This document shows, in pieces, positions 45,427 through 56,125 of a DNA stretch of 64,000 nucleotides; the stretch's first letter is position 1; each line of letters opens with the position of its first letter. Made by a program: the position numbers and the translations under genes. The stretch lies in assembly GCA_964584905.1 (NCBI GenBank), contig CAZPCC010000395.1:3079-67078 (forward strand), read 5' to 3'. The notes under the pieces are model-generated. The model saw only the letters and a program-made list of their open reading frames with translations. It ran no database searches and was not told where the DNA came from. This DNA comes from an uncultured Gemmatimonadaceae bacterium (lineage in GTDB: Bacteria; Gemmatimonadota; Gemmatimonadetes; Gemmatimonadales; Gemmatimonadaceae).

Positions 45427-47598
45427 CTACCGCGCCAGCGGATCCGGGCGGAGCTGAAATTTCATGACCTTGCTGGTGGTTCCTTTGCCGCCCTCCATGT
45501 GAAATGGCGCGCGAGTGCTGATCGTGGTCCATAGCCCACGACCCTTCCATCCGGCGTCCGGGTCATCGATCCGGCCGTCCATCCACTTGGTGTAGAACCC
45601 GAGCGGATAGGGAACGCGCAGCACGACCCATCTCCCGTCCTTCAGCGCCAGCAGTCCTTCGGATGCGTTGCCGGTGTTGATAGGCACGTTCTCGCCGAGC
45701 CCGAAGGTGTTGAACTGATCGACCCACGTGTAGTAGCTCGCCTCGGCGCTGCCGGGAGTCGATACGCCGCCGATCTGCGGTAGCGGCTCCACGTAGAACG
45801 TCCACCCTTCGGGACAGTGCTGCCCGGTGGCGGCCGGCCCGTTGAGCGGTCCCGTGCACTTGCGCCGGTCGAAGCTGGCCATGTGTCCGCTGGCCAGCGC
45901 CGCCCAGGCGACGCCGTCGCGGTCCACATCCATGCCGCGCGGAGAGAACCCGGTTACCGGCGCACCGGTTCCGTCGACCGGGAGTTGATATACCTCGACG
46001 AGGGCCGTCTCCGTCGGATCAGGACCGGGGACGAGCCTTACAACTGCGCCAGGATATCCTAACGACGAGCCCCATACCGATCCGTCCGGCGCCGGAGCCA
46101 CGGCGTAGAAGCCGAAGGTGACCCGCTTGTCCCTGGCCGGATCGACCGGTTCGTTCGGTTCCACGTATTCATCCCGCTTTCCATTGCCGTTCGTGTCGAT
46201 GATCAAAGGCGTCCATCCCTGCGAGGCTGCCTCGTCGCCCGTCTCATCGAACATCTTCGTGTTCAGCCAGCCGATCACTCCGCCGCCTCCGCTCGTCCAT
46301 AGCGTGTTGTTTGCGTCCTCGGCGAACATGAGATGATGGGTGCTGAAGCAGGTGCTGATGTGCGTCAGGCGCTCGGTCCTGGGGTCGTAGACTGCCAGGT
46401 GCCGGCCGGCGCGCGCCACCGGAAAGACCTTCGCCGAAGGATGGTCGGATCCTTCCTTGCAGAAGTCGGGATTGTCCGGCGGCCTGACGGCGGAAGTGAT
46501 CCAGACCCGGCCCTCTCCGTCGAGCATCGGGTTGTGCACATTCGCCTTGCTGGTCCAGATCGCCTCGCTGCCCCAATAGGGTGAAGGCTCCGGCATGTTA
46601 GGGCCGGACGCGGGGCGCGTGTCGGGATCGCGAACGGTCACCGGCACGCGGCTCGCCACGTGTCGCTCGGGATCGACCACCGGGAGGTAGTCCGCGCTGG
46701 CTTCGAGGGCTCCGTACACCGGCCCATCGGCGTTGACCCTCGGATTCCGGCGGTCGGTCGAGACCACGTCGTGCAGATATGCCTTCGGGTCGGCCCAGTC
46801 CCACTGCGTTATGACCACGTTGCGCTCGATGCCTTGCGGGCGCGGTGGCGCCGGCGGGACGGCGCCGGCGGCAATGCGATCGGTCCAGTCGGCGAACATC
46901 GCCAGCGTTCGCTCGCGGCCCAGCCGCCCGACCGCACCGCTCATTCCCGCGCCAGCCTGTCCGGACTGGATCCGCCGGTGCCACGCCGCCGCGCTGTTCT
47001 CGAAGCTACCTAACGCGGCAGGAATCTCGCGCGTCGACTTGGCACCGAGTTGGTGGCAGGCAGTACAGCCACCGGATTTGATGCTTCGAAGAAACTCCGC
47101 CTGGTGGGCGACACCCGTCGCAATGCCGTTGCCCTCGGGCCCGGTGCCCGGAAAGTCGCTCGCCGGCGGCACCCGGAGCAGCGACCACCAGTATCCCGCC
47201 GGGTAATACTCGGCTGCCGCGCGCTCATTCGGCGCTGCGACGGCAGCGAGGTCGAGCTGCCTTCCGGGCGTGGACCGAGCGGCCGGCGAATCGGTCAATC
47301 CGTATCCGCGCACCCAGACCTCGTAGTTGGCCGCGGGAAGGTCGGGGATGAGATAGCGTCCCTCATCATCGGTGACGACGATACGCACGAACTTGGTAGG
47401 CAGGTCGTTCGTCTCCGCGATGACCCACACTCCGGCTTCGGGACCGCTTGGACCGGTCACCACTCCCGCGATGTCGTCGCCATCGATCGAAATCGACCCG
47501 CTTTCCGCCGTATCGACGCTGTTGCGGGGAGCGCACGCCGCGGTCAGTCCGGTGCACGCCACCGCGAGAAGCCCAACGGCTCGAGCTGGAACTCTCAT
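45427..47598 (-). CDS. Large secreted protein with a CarboxypepD_reg-like domain and one c-type haem-binding motif
   Basis: Signal MRVPARAVGLLAVACTGLTAACA, VVTDDEGRYLIPDLPAANYEVWVRGYG, and CXXCH in GGCTACHQLG. The start is M37 of the tracked ORF, preceded by an SD ggaggagg. Confidence 0.6.
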   Translation of the reverse strand: MRVPARAVGLLAVACTGLTAACAPRNSVDTAESGSISIDGDDIAGVVTGPSGPEAGVWVIAETNDLPTKFVRIVVTDDEGRYLIPDLPAANYEVWVRGYGLTDSPAARSTPGRQLDLAAVAAPNERAAAEYYPAGYWWSLLRVPPASDFPGTGPEGNGIATGVAHQAEFLRSIKSGGCTACHQLGAKSTREIPAALGSFENSAAAWHRRIQSGQAGAGMSGAVGRLGRERTLAMFADWTDRIAAGAVPPAPPRPQGIERNVVITQWDWADPKAYLHDVVSTDRRNPRVNADGPVYGALEASADYLPVVDPERHVASRVPVTVRDPDTRPASGPNMPEPSPYWGSEAIWTSKANVHNPMLDGEGRVWITSAVRPPDNPDFCKEGSDHPSAKVFPVARAGRHLAVYDPRTERLTHISTCFSTHHLMFAEDANNTLWTSGGGGVIGWLNTKMFDETGDEAASQGWTPLIIDTNGNGKRDEYVEPNEPVDPARDKRVTFGFYAVAPAPDGSVWGSSLGYPGAVVRLVPGPDPTETALVEVYQLPVDGTGAPVTGFSPRGMDVDRDGVAWAALASGHMASFDRRKCTGPLNGPAATGQHCPEGWTFYVEPLPQIGGVSTPGSAEASYYTWVDQFNTFGLGENVPINTGNASEGLLALKDGRWVVLRVPYPLGFYTKWMDGRIDDPDAGWKGRGLWTTISTRAPFHMEGGKGTTSKVMKFQLRPDPLAR

Positions 47599-47736
47599 CC
47601 TGCCTCCTCCTTTTCTGTTCGCGGCAGCTGTGCTTGCCCGGATCGTCTGGCAGTCAGTCCGAATCGGCGCCGCGAGGTGCACTGATCGCAGTATGCAGCA
47701 ACACATCCGCGCGCGGCAAGGAAAGCGGAAAACTTC

Positions 47737-48873
47737 TTACAGCAGCAGAGCCTCGATCCTGTTGGCCTGCACAATCGAATCGTGAGGCGACCATGCGAAT
47801 ACGGTGAACCGCCCATCCTGAGAGGCGACCAGTGCAATCGCGTCGCGCTGATCGTGGACGAACTGCGCGGCGGACAGATGCCGGGTTCCACCGAATTGCG
47901 AAGGCGCAATAATGAATGGCCTGCTGCCGAGAATCGGCTCGGTGACGCTGATCCTGTTGACCGCAGAGCTTCCCTCTCGCCGGGCGAGCTTTGCGCCGAA
48001 TGCGAGCAGATCGTGGCGTTCGTTCATTATGGTCGCTCCATCCACCGCGGTAAGACCGCCAATGCCGTCGATGACCTTCGACACCGCGTCGCTCCATTCG
48101 GCGGTCGCCCGGTCGTGCTCGGGCTGCTCCAGCAGATCGCCGAGCGTCGAGAAAGGTGGAGAGACCGCGTAGCTTACCGGCCCCGTAATCGATTCCCGCC
48201 ATTTGTCCGATCCCGTCGGCACGATGATCAGCGCTCCACCGTGGCCGTGTTCGCGCATCGAGATCGCCAGCTGAACGAATTCATTCAGTGAACCCAGCCA
48301 TGCATCGGGGGCGTCCTTGCCGAGGAATGCGGACAGGAACGCCGGGAAGTCCGGCGAGCTGGCGTGCAGCTCATCCACGACCCTGAGCTCGTTGCCGCGG
48401 ATCACGGCGATGTTCCCGAATTTGCCGAACGCAGAGCCGCGGCGGTACTTCATAACGAGAAGCCCGGGCTCCACGACCTCGAGAATGAAGCACAGGTCGG
48501 GGACGACGCGAGTGGCTCCCCACACGCGCAGCTCGCCGTCCAGCCGCCACACTGCGAGGTGAATGCCGCGCCGTTCGACGGCCGGCGCCAGTCTGGTCAG
48601 GGAATCGGGGGTGAGGGGCAGCGAGTACTCGAACCGCATTGGCTTGCCTGACTGCTCGGGGGGCGCCAATGCAAGCGAGATGCGCGGAGTACGGCCTTCC
48701 TCGCGACGCAGACTTGCCCAGAACGCCGCATTTACGATAGCCGCCACGGCGTCGGGATCCGGTGGCGGTGCGGCACTCGCTGGATGTTCGGACGTGCCTG
48801 CCAGGAGACGCTCGAAGAAGGTCGAAACGGTGGCCGCGGCAGCCGCCGCCGTGGTGTAGGCCTGCTCGCTCAC
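47737..48873 (-). CDS. Protein with a C-terminal diadenylate-cyclase-like (DisA_N/DAC) domain and an uncharacterised N-terminal domain
   Basis: DAC-type motif series: HGGALIIV, LTAVDGATIM, GGTRHLSAAQF and ALVASQDGRFTVF. Confidence 0.55.
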   Translation of the reverse strand: MSEQAYTTAAAAAATVSTFFERLLAGTSEHPASAAPPPDPDAVAAIVNAAFWASLRREEGRTPRISLALAPPEQSGKPMRFEYSLPLTPDSLTRLAPAVERRGIHLAVWRLDGELRVWGATRVVPDLCFILEVVEPGLLVMKYRRGSAFGKFGNIAVIRGNELRVVDELHASSPDFPAFLSAFLGKDAPDAWLGSLNEFVQLAISMREHGHGGALIIVPTGSDKWRESITGPVSYAVSPPFSTLGDLLEQPEHDRATAEWSDAVSKVIDGIGGLTAVDGATIMNERHDLLAFGAKLARREGSSAVNRISVTEPILGSRPFIIAPSQFGGTRHLSAAQFVHDQRDAIALVASQDGRFTVFAWSPHDSIVQANRIEALLL

Positions 48874-49220
48874 GAGACGGCTCTCACGGGTGGCCCGTTC
48901 CCTTACGACTGTCTCGAGACTGGCTTGAAAGTTGACTCATCGGTCGTACGAGCGAAGCGATCGGCTTAACGCGGCGTAAACCGGCCGCGCAACGGTGGAG
49001 TGGGCAGACTCGCCAATTTGACACCGCGTGCGCAAGTCTCCCTGGCACCTTCGAAGTTGGAGAACCGTGATCCCCGCCGCACGATTGATTGCGAGCGCGG
49101 GAGATACGGAAGGCTCAACGCTGACCCCGACCCTCAACCCCCGACAATATCGCCGGTGCCAGAAACGGAACTTGGCCGGTTCGCGTTCAAGAGCGCGAGG
49201 CAATCAGATTCCAACCAGAG

Positions 49221-50237
49221 ATGCAGATGATTCCGTTTTCAGTGCTGGACCTTGCTCCGATCGTGCAGGGAGGTGACGCGGCGCAGGCGTTCCGCAATTC
49301 GCTGGACCTCGCCCAGCATGCAGAACGGTGGGGCTACCACCGGTTCTGGCTCGCGGAGCACCACAGTATCCCGAGTGTCGCGAGCGCGGCGACGGCAGTG
49401 GTGATTGCGCACGTGGCTGCCGGTACCTCCACGATTCGAGTGGGCGCCGGTGGTGTAATGCTCCCCAACCATCCGCCGCTGATCATCGCCGAGCAGTTCG
49501 GGACGCTTGCGTCGCTTCATCCGGGACGAATAGATCTGGGGCTCGGACGCGCCCCGGGCTCCGATCAGAGTACGGCGCGCGCTCTCCGGCGCCCGCCCAG
49601 CGCCGGAGATTCCTTTCCGCAGGACGTGCTGGAACTGATGGCATATTTCCGTAAGGCGGAGCCGGGCCAGGCGGTGCGCGCGGTCCCCGGCGAGGGGCTC
49701 GACATTCCGATCTGGATCCTCGGTTCGAGCCTTTTCGGGGCGCAGCTCGCCGCCGCGTTAGGGCTGCCCTTTGCGTTTGCGTCGCACTTTGCGCCCGCGC
49801 TGCTCGATCAGGCGCTTGACGTTTACCGCGCGCGATTCCGCCCATCGGAACGGCTCGACCAGCCACAGGTCATGCTGGCTGTCAACGTATTCGCCGCCGA
49901 TACGGACGACGAGGCGGAGCTGCTGTTGACCTCGCTGCAGCAGGCGCTCGTGAACCTGCGTCGCGGTCAGCCCACGCCGCTAGCTCCCCCAGTCGAGGGC
50001 TTCGCCGAGCAGCTCGCGCCATTCGAGCGCGCGATGCTCGACGAAATGCTCGCCTCTACAGTGGTCGGCACACCGAGCCGCGTCAGGCAGGGATTGCAGG
50101 CAGTGATCGACCGGACGGGGGCCGACGAGCTGATGATAACGTCGCAGATCCACGACCACTCGGCGCGACTGCGCTCGTACGAGATGACCGCAGAGGTGCG
50201 GAGCTCGCTCGCTGCGACTGTAGGCCAGGCCGGCTAG
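49221..50237 (+). CDS. LLM-class (luciferase-like) flavin-dependent oxidoreductase
   Basis: [37 protein letters not shown]. Confidence 0.85.
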   Translation: MQMIPFSVLDLAPIVQGGDAAQAFRNSLDLAQHAERWGYHRFWLAEHHSIPSVASAATAVVIAHVAAGTSTIRVGAGGVMLPNHPPLIIAEQFGTLASLHPGRIDLGLGRAPGSDQSTARALRRPPSAGDSFPQDVLELMAYFRKAEPGQAVRAVPGEGLDIPIWILGSSLFGAQLAAALGLPFAFASHFAPALLDQALDVYRARFRPSERLDQPQVMLAVNVFAADTDDEAELLLTSLQQALVNLRRGQPTPLAPPVEGFAEQLAPFERAMLDEMLASTVVGTPSRVRQGLQAVIDRTGADELMITSQIHDHSARLRSYEMTAEVRSSLAATVGQAG

Positions 50238-50258
50238 CGCAAGCGCTTCGCGCCGCCC

Positions 50259-50918
50259 TCACGTGCCTCCAACGGCGCGAAGGAGCGCCAGAATGACGGG
50301 CCGGGCGCCATCGATGATGAACTGTACGCCTATCACCGTGAGCAGCAGGCCCATAATCCGAGTCATCACGTTCAGCCCAGTCTGACCGAAGTGCAGCACG
50401 AGTCGCGGCGCAGCGGCCAGTGCGGCGAACACGATGGCGAGTACGACCAGGATTGTGCCGAACAGTACGACCACGTGCGCACCGGTCGTCGCACTCCCGG
50501 TCAACACCATGACGGTCGTTATGGATCCTGGTCCCACTATCAGCGGTATGCCGAGCGGGGTTATCGCGATGTCCTCCTTCTGAAGCGCCTCTTCCTCCTC
50601 TTCGGGGGTCGCCTTCACCCGAGACTGTTTAACCTGCAGCATGTCCATCCCGATGCCGAAGAGGATGATTCCGCCCGCAATACGAAACGCTTCGAGCGTG
50701 ATACCGAACAACTGAAAGAGCGCGCCGCCGAGGATGGCGAAGAAGTACAGTACGATTGCAGCGGTCAGGATGGCTGTTCTCAGCGTGCGCAACTGATGCG
50801 CTCGCGTATACCCCGCGGTGAGCGCCAGGTAGAGAGGGGCGACGCTCAGCGGGTTGAGAAGCGCAAGTAAAGAAGAGAAGCAGAGCAGGGCGAAAGCGCC
50901 CAGCGCTTCGAGGTTCAT
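50259..50918 (-). CDS. MarC-family (UPF0056) integral membrane protein
   Basis: FSSLLALLNPLSVAPLYLALT and six hydrophobic segments. I chose the M12 start. Confidence 0.8.
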   Translation of the reverse strand: MNLEALGAFALLCFSSLLALLNPLSVAPLYLALTAGYTRAHQLRTLRTAILTAAIVLYFFAILGGALFQLFGITLEAFRIAGGIILFGIGMDMLQVKQSRVKATPEEEEEALQKEDIAITPLGIPLIVGPGSITTVMVLTGSATTGAHVVVLFGTILVVLAIVFAALAAAPRLVLHFGQTGLNVMTRIMGLLLTVIGVQFIIDGARPVILALLRAVGGT

Positions 50919-51248
50919 CGTGGCGACGGCGGGTATTCCATGATACGACAAGGATGGTCGTCGCCGCCCGCTACCGCGAGCGCAGTAAGCCTAATTCTTT
51001 GCTTCAGGTGCATCCCACGCCGATGCCTGGCGGCACGTATGAGCGGTGAAACTGTGCGCGGCCGGGATGGCGCATCCCGGACCCGGACAAAGCGGCCGCC
51101 ATCGCACCGGCGGCGGAAAAGACGTAAGTCATTGTATGGGAACGATCTAGGCAGGGAGTGCGGTTCGGCACGCTTCTTTCGTTCAGGTACCGATGTCCGT
51201 CGGCGGCCGCATAACGCGGCAGCTGCCTCGTTCCTTCGTCAGCACTTC

Positions 51249-53645
51249 ATGATCACTCTGTACTCGGACATTCGATCCGCGTTACGTCAACTACGTAGGC
51301 GGCCCGCGGCGACAGTCGTTTCCGCACTCGCTCTGGCGGCGGGGATCGGGGCTGCCACGGCGATCTTCACCGTGGCCGACGCCACCCTGCTCCGTCCGCT
51401 TCCCTATCCACGGCCTGACGAGCTGGTGCGGATATGGGAGACGACGCGTGAGCGACAGGATGCCCCCTCGGCTGAGCCGACCTTTCTCGATTTCCAGGGG
51501 CGCACGCAAGCTTTCGCCAGCATCGCGGCGATGCGGGTCGAGCATCCGAGCTTAACCGGTGCAGGGGAGCCGGAGCGTCTTGACGCGGCCGCTGTATCGG
51601 CGACGCTGCTTCCCCTGCTAGGGTCGCAGCCGGCGCTCGGACGCTCCTTTACAAACGCGGATGAATCAGCTGGTTCCCCAGCGCTGGTTGCGATACTGAG
51701 CGATGGACTCTGGCGGCGCCGGTTCGGCGCCGATCCATCGGTGATCGGGCGAACGATCATCCTCGACGGTGAGCCGCATAGCGTCATCGGCGTGCTGAAG
51801 AGCGATTTCGAGTTCGCGCCTTCGATCGATCTGTGGCTCCCGCTCGGCGCCAATCCGGGAGGTGAGCGTGACAACCGCTGGCTCGATCTGCTAGGCAGGC
51901 TCAAATCTGGGGTGACGCATCGTCAGGCCGCTGCCGACATGGAGCGCATCGCCGGCGAGCTAGCCGCCGAGTACCCCCGGTCCAACGCCGGATGGGGCGT
52001 GCGCCTGGCTTCGTTCTCCGATTGGTTGTACGGCGCGAACTACCGGCGATCGGTCTGGGTGCTGTTCGGAGCGGTGGGCTGTTTGCTCCTGCTCGCGTGC
52101 GCCAACGTCGCCAACCTGCTCGTTGCGCAGTCCATCGCCCGGGAAGGGGAGATCGGTATCCGCGTGGCGCTGGGGGCAAGTCGCAGCCGAATCGTTCGCC
52201 TTTTGTTCACCGAAAGCGTGGTGCTGGCGATACTGGGAGGCGCAGCCGGGGCATTGCTCGCCTGGTGGGGGGTCGGCGCACTGCGAGTACTGGTGCCCGA
52301 GACCGGCCAGCGGTTGAACGAGCTGACGCTCAACGGGCGAGTGCTGGCGTTTGCGTTCGGCATGGCGGCATTGACCGCCGTAGTGTTCGGACTGGTGCCG
52401 GCGTTGCGGGCGGCTCGTGTCAACGTCTCAGGAATCCTCTCGTCAGGCGTCCGCGGTGGGGGGTCGCGAGGCGGCAAGCGCCTGCGCGACATGCTCGTGG
52501 TTGCGCAGGTTGCCCTTGCCGTGGTGCTGCTCGCCGGGGCTGGCCTCATGCTCACGAGCCTTAAACGACTTGTTCGGGTTGATACGGGAATCACCGCTAA
52601 GAACGTGCTGGCGGTTCCGCTGCAGCTGCCGGGCGACTACGGCGACCGCCAGCGCCATTTCGTTAGGGAGATCGTGGCGCGAGCAGCCGGGCTGCCCGGG
52701 GTAAGTGCGGCCGCGGTGACGGTAACCAACCCGTTCCGCGAGTGGGGGTACGCGAACGACGTGACCCCGGTAGACCGGGCTGCCGTTACGCCCTCGAGTG
52801 GTTTGCTGGTGGCCGGATGGCGCAGCGTAACGCCGCACTTCTTTCGTACACTCGGGGTGCCGGTGCTTCGCGGCCGCGCGTTCGACGAACGAGACCGAGA
52901 TGGCGCCGAAGAGGTGGTCGTGATCTCGGCTTCCCTGGCGCGTCGGCTGTGGCCAAACGGCAACGCGTTGGGAAAAGCGCTCTACTGGGGCGGAACCGAC
53001 GGTAATACCAAGCGCGTCGTCGGAGTGGTGGGCGACGTTCGCGACCGTCAACTCGATGCCGATCCGCAGCCGATGTTGTACCTGCCTTACGACCAGGTAT
53101 ACATGCCAACGACGACGCTGCTGCTGCGCACCGACGGCCGGAGTACCGATCACGCGTCGGCGATTCGCGCTGCCGTCTGGTCGATCGACGCCAATCTGCC
53201 GGTACCCGAGGTGACGCCGCTCGCCCAGAACCGCGAGGCATTGGCGGCCGGCCCGCGCATTCGCGCTTTGGTCCTGGCGAGCTTCGCGACGGTTGCCCTG
53301 CTGCTCGCCGCGCTCGGTGTGTACAGTGTCATGGCGTACGCAGTTGCGCAGCGCACCCGGGAAATCGGCCTGCGCATGGCACTCGGCGCGCGTCCGGCCA
53401 CCGTCGCGCGCGATGTGCTCGGGCGCGGGTTTGCCCTCACGGCGTTAGGTATCGCCATCGGGCTGGCCGCCAGCGTCGCCGCGGGACGGGTGGCCGCCAG
53501 CCTGCTCTACGAAACGTCGCCGGGCGACCTTCCAACGCTGGCCGGGGTGGCCGTCCTGGTGGTGGTGACCGCGCTCGCCGCTTCCTGGCTGCCGAGCCGC
53601 CGCGCGACGCGCGTCGATCCTGCCGACGCCCTTCGGTCGGCCTGA
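51249..53645 (+). CDS. FtsX/MacB-like duplicated ABC-type permease (ADOP family), with no adjacent ATPase
   Basis: N-terminus IRSALRQLRRRPAATVVSALALAAGIGAATAIFTV and two FtsX-like 4-TM modules. I chose the ATG at 51249. Confidence 0.8.
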   Translation: MITLYSDIRSALRQLRRRPAATVVSALALAAGIGAATAIFTVADATLLRPLPYPRPDELVRIWETTRERQDAPSAEPTFLDFQGRTQAFASIAAMRVEHPSLTGAGEPERLDAAAVSATLLPLLGSQPALGRSFTNADESAGSPALVAILSDGLWRRRFGADPSVIGRTIILDGEPHSVIGVLKSDFEFAPSIDLWLPLGANPGGERDNRWLDLLGRLKSGVTHRQAAADMERIAGELAAEYPRSNAGWGVRLASFSDWLYGANYRRSVWVLFGAVGCLLLLACANVANLLVAQSIAREGEIGIRVALGASRSRIVRLLFTESVVLAILGGAAGALLAWWGVGALRVLVPETGQRLNELTLNGRVLAFAFGMAALTAVVFGLVPALRAARVNVSGILSSGVRGGGSRGGKRLRDMLVVAQVALAVVLLAGAGLMLTSLKRLVRVDTGITAKNVLAVPLQLPGDYGDRQRHFVREIVARAAGLPGVSAAAVTVTNPFREWGYANDVTPVDRAAVTPSSGLLVAGWRSVTPHFFRTLGVPVLRGRAFDERDRDGAEEVVVISASLARRLWPNGNALGKALYWGGTDGNTKRVVGVVGDVRDRQLDADPQPMLYLPYDQVYMPTTTLLLRTDGRSTDHASAIRAAVWSIDANLPVPEVTPLAQNREALAAGPRIRALVLASFATVALLLAALGVYSVMAYAVAQRTREIGLRMALGARPATVARDVLGRGFALTALGIAIGLAASVAAGRVAASLLYETSPGDLPTLAGVAVLVVVTALAASWLPSRRATRVDPADALRSA

Positions 53646-53803
53646 CGCGCACTCCGGCATGCTGGGACGCCGATACCGATTCGCATAGCCCGCAAGCCAA
53701 GGAATCGTTCTCTGGACCACTCGCTCCCGCCTGCCCCAAGGGCTAGCTTCACGGCTTCCGATCCTATGAGATCACACGGCCAACTCGATCGCTTTTCAGC
53801 CTC

Positions 53804-56125
53804 ATGCGCCTATCCCGTCTCGCTCCGCTGCTCCTCGCCATTCCGCTCACCGCTCAGGAGACGCGTCAACTGACAGCCGAGGACTATGCCCGAGCCGAGC
53901 GATTCCTCGGCGCCAACACGGCACCTCTGGTGACGGGATTCGGCGTGCGGCCCACCTGGCTCGCCGACGGGCGGTTCTGGTATCGCGCCACGGTGCCCGA
54001 AGGCAGCGCTTTCATCATGGTCGATCCGGCGCGCGGCTCCAGACAGGCGGCGTTCGATCAGGCCCGGCTCGCGGCAGCCCTCGCCGCAGCGAGCGGCGGA
54101 GCGGTGGAGGGGAACCGTCTTCCATTTCAGAGCTTCGAGCTTTCGAGAGACAGCCGGTCGATTACCGTCACGGTGCAGAATCGGCGCTGGAACTGCGATC
54201 TGCAGCGTTATGTGTGCTCGCGCGCGGATTCGGCCTCGACCGGTAGCGGCCGGCGCGACGCGAGTGTAAGCCCCGATGGGCGGTGGGCGGTGTTCATCCG
54301 TGAGCACAACCTCTGGGCGCGCGACCTGACCAGCGGCCAGGAAACGCAGCTCACCACGGACGGAGTCGAGGACTTCGGCTACGCGACCGACAACGCCGGC
54401 TGGACGCACAGCGACCGCCCGGTCGTGACCTGGTCTCCGGATTCGCGGCAGATCGCTACCTTCCAGCACGATGGCCGCGGCGTGCGTGACATGCACCTGG
54501 TCTCGACAAATGTGGGGAGCCCGCAGCTCGAGTCGTGGAAGTACCCGCTGCCTGGCGACAGCGTGGTGTTCCGCATCAGCCGTGTGATCATCAGCCAGGC
54601 TCCGGATGGCCGCCCACGCGTGGTGCGTCTCGAGATGCCGCCTGACGTGCACCGTTCGACCGTGTCGGACCACGTGGCGTGCAGCGGCGGCACGATCTGC
54701 GACGTGCAGTGGTATCCGGACGGGTCCCATCTGGCGTTCATCTCGAGCTCGCGCGATCACAAGCAGGCGTGGTTCCGCGTAGCCAACGCCCAGACCGGCG
54801 AGGTGCGCACGCTGTTCGAGGAGACGAGCGAGACGCAGATCGGCGATGCCTCGTTGACCGAGAATCTCTGGCGTGTGCTTCCCGCGTCAAACGAGCTGAT
54901 CTGGTGGTCGCAGCGGGACAACTGGATCCATCTGTACCTCTACGATCTCGCCACCGGCCGGCTGAAGAATCGCATAACGCGCGGCGAAGGCAACGTGAGC
55001 GAGGTCGTGCGCGTCGACGAGGCCGCGCGCACGATCTACTTCGTGGGCTCCGGGAGGGAGGAGGGCCGCGACCCGTACTTCCAGCACCTGTACCGTATCG
55101 GCTTCGACGGCCGGGGCCAGCGCCTGCTCACTCCGGAAAACGCAAATCACGTCGTCTCGCTCTCGCCTGACGGCAAGTATTTCGTCGACACGTATTCCAC
55201 GCCCGACACGCCACCGGTGACGGTGTTGCGCGACATGGGCGGTAAGGTGCTGCAGACACTGGAGAAGGCCGACATATCGCGCTTGCTGGCGACAGGGTGG
55301 AAGCCGCCTACACCAGTAAGGATGAAGGGGCGCGATGGAACCACCGACATTTACGGGTTGATGTACACGCCCTCGGCAATGGACTCCACGAAGCGGTATC
55401 CGATCATCAACCGCATCTATCCGGGGCCTCAGTCGGGAAGCGTGGGCACGCGCAGTTTTTCCCCGGCCCGCTCCGACAATCAGGCAATCGCCGAGTTAGG
55501 CTTCATCGTGGTGGAGATCGACGGTATGGGAACGCCCGGTCGGTCAAAGGCGTTCCACGACACGTATTACGGCAAGATGGGTGACAACACGCTCCCGGAT
55601 CAGATCACCGGGATGAGACAGCTGGCGGAGCGCCATCCGTTCATCGACATCGAGAAGGTGGGCATCTGGGGGCACTCGGGCGGGGGGTTCGCCACCGCGG
55701 CGGCCATGTTCCGGCACCCCGACTTCTTCGACGTGGGCATAGCGCAGTCGGGCAATCACGACAATCGCAACTACGAGGACGACTGGGGCGAGCGGTACCA
55801 GGGCTTGCTGGTCAAGAATGGCCCGAGTGACAATTACGCCGATGAAGCGAACCAGACGCACGCGGCGAACCTGCAGGGCAAACTGCTCCTCGCGCACGGC
55901 GCGATGGATGACAACGTGCCTCCGTACAACACAACGCTGGTGGCGGACGCGCTTATCAAGGCGGGTAAGGACTTCGATCTGCTGATGTTTCCGCATGCGC
56001 GTCACGGCTACGGCGCCGACAACAACTACATGATGCGCCGCCGGTGGGACTATTTCGTCAGGCATCTGATGGGCGCGGAGCCGCCAAAGGAGTATCAGAT
56101 CGGTCGCCCGCCGGTAGTGCCGTGA
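53804..56125 (+). CDS. S9-family dipeptidyl-peptidase IV-like serine peptidase
   Basis: Signal MRLSRLAPLLLAIPLTAQ and a beta-propeller N-terminal half. Nucleophile GIWGHSGGG, then HGAMDDNV and FPHARHG. Confidence 0.85.
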   Translation: MRLSRLAPLLLAIPLTAQETRQLTAEDYARAERFLGANTAPLVTGFGVRPTWLADGRFWYRATVPEGSAFIMVDPARGSRQAAFDQARLAAALAAASGGAVEGNRLPFQSFELSRDSRSITVTVQNRRWNCDLQRYVCSRADSASTGSGRRDASVSPDGRWAVFIREHNLWARDLTSGQETQLTTDGVEDFGYATDNAGWTHSDRPVVTWSPDSRQIATFQHDGRGVRDMHLVSTNVGSPQLESWKYPLPGDSVVFRISRVIISQAPDGRPRVVRLEMPPDVHRSTVSDHVACSGGTICDVQWYPDGSHLAFISSSRDHKQAWFRVANAQTGEVRTLFEETSETQIGDASLTENLWRVLPASNELIWWSQRDNWIHLYLYDLATGRLKNRITRGEGNVSEVVRVDEAARTIYFVGSGREEGRDPYFQHLYRIGFDGRGQRLLTPENANHVVSLSPDGKYFVDTYSTPDTPPVTVLRDMGGKVLQTLEKADISRLLATGWKPPTPVRMKGRDGTTDIYGLMYTPSAMDSTKRYPIINRIYPGPQSGSVGTRSFSPARSDNQAIAELGFIVVEIDGMGTPGRSKAFHDTYYGKMGDNTLPDQITGMRQLAERHPFIDIEKVGIWGHSGGGFATAAAMFRHPDFFDVGIAQSGNHDNRNYEDDWGERYQGLLVKNGPSDNYADEANQTHAANLQGKLLLAHGAMDDNVPPYNTTLVADALIKAGKDFDLLMFPHARHGYGADNNYMMRRRWDYFVRHLMGAEPPKEYQIGRPPVVP

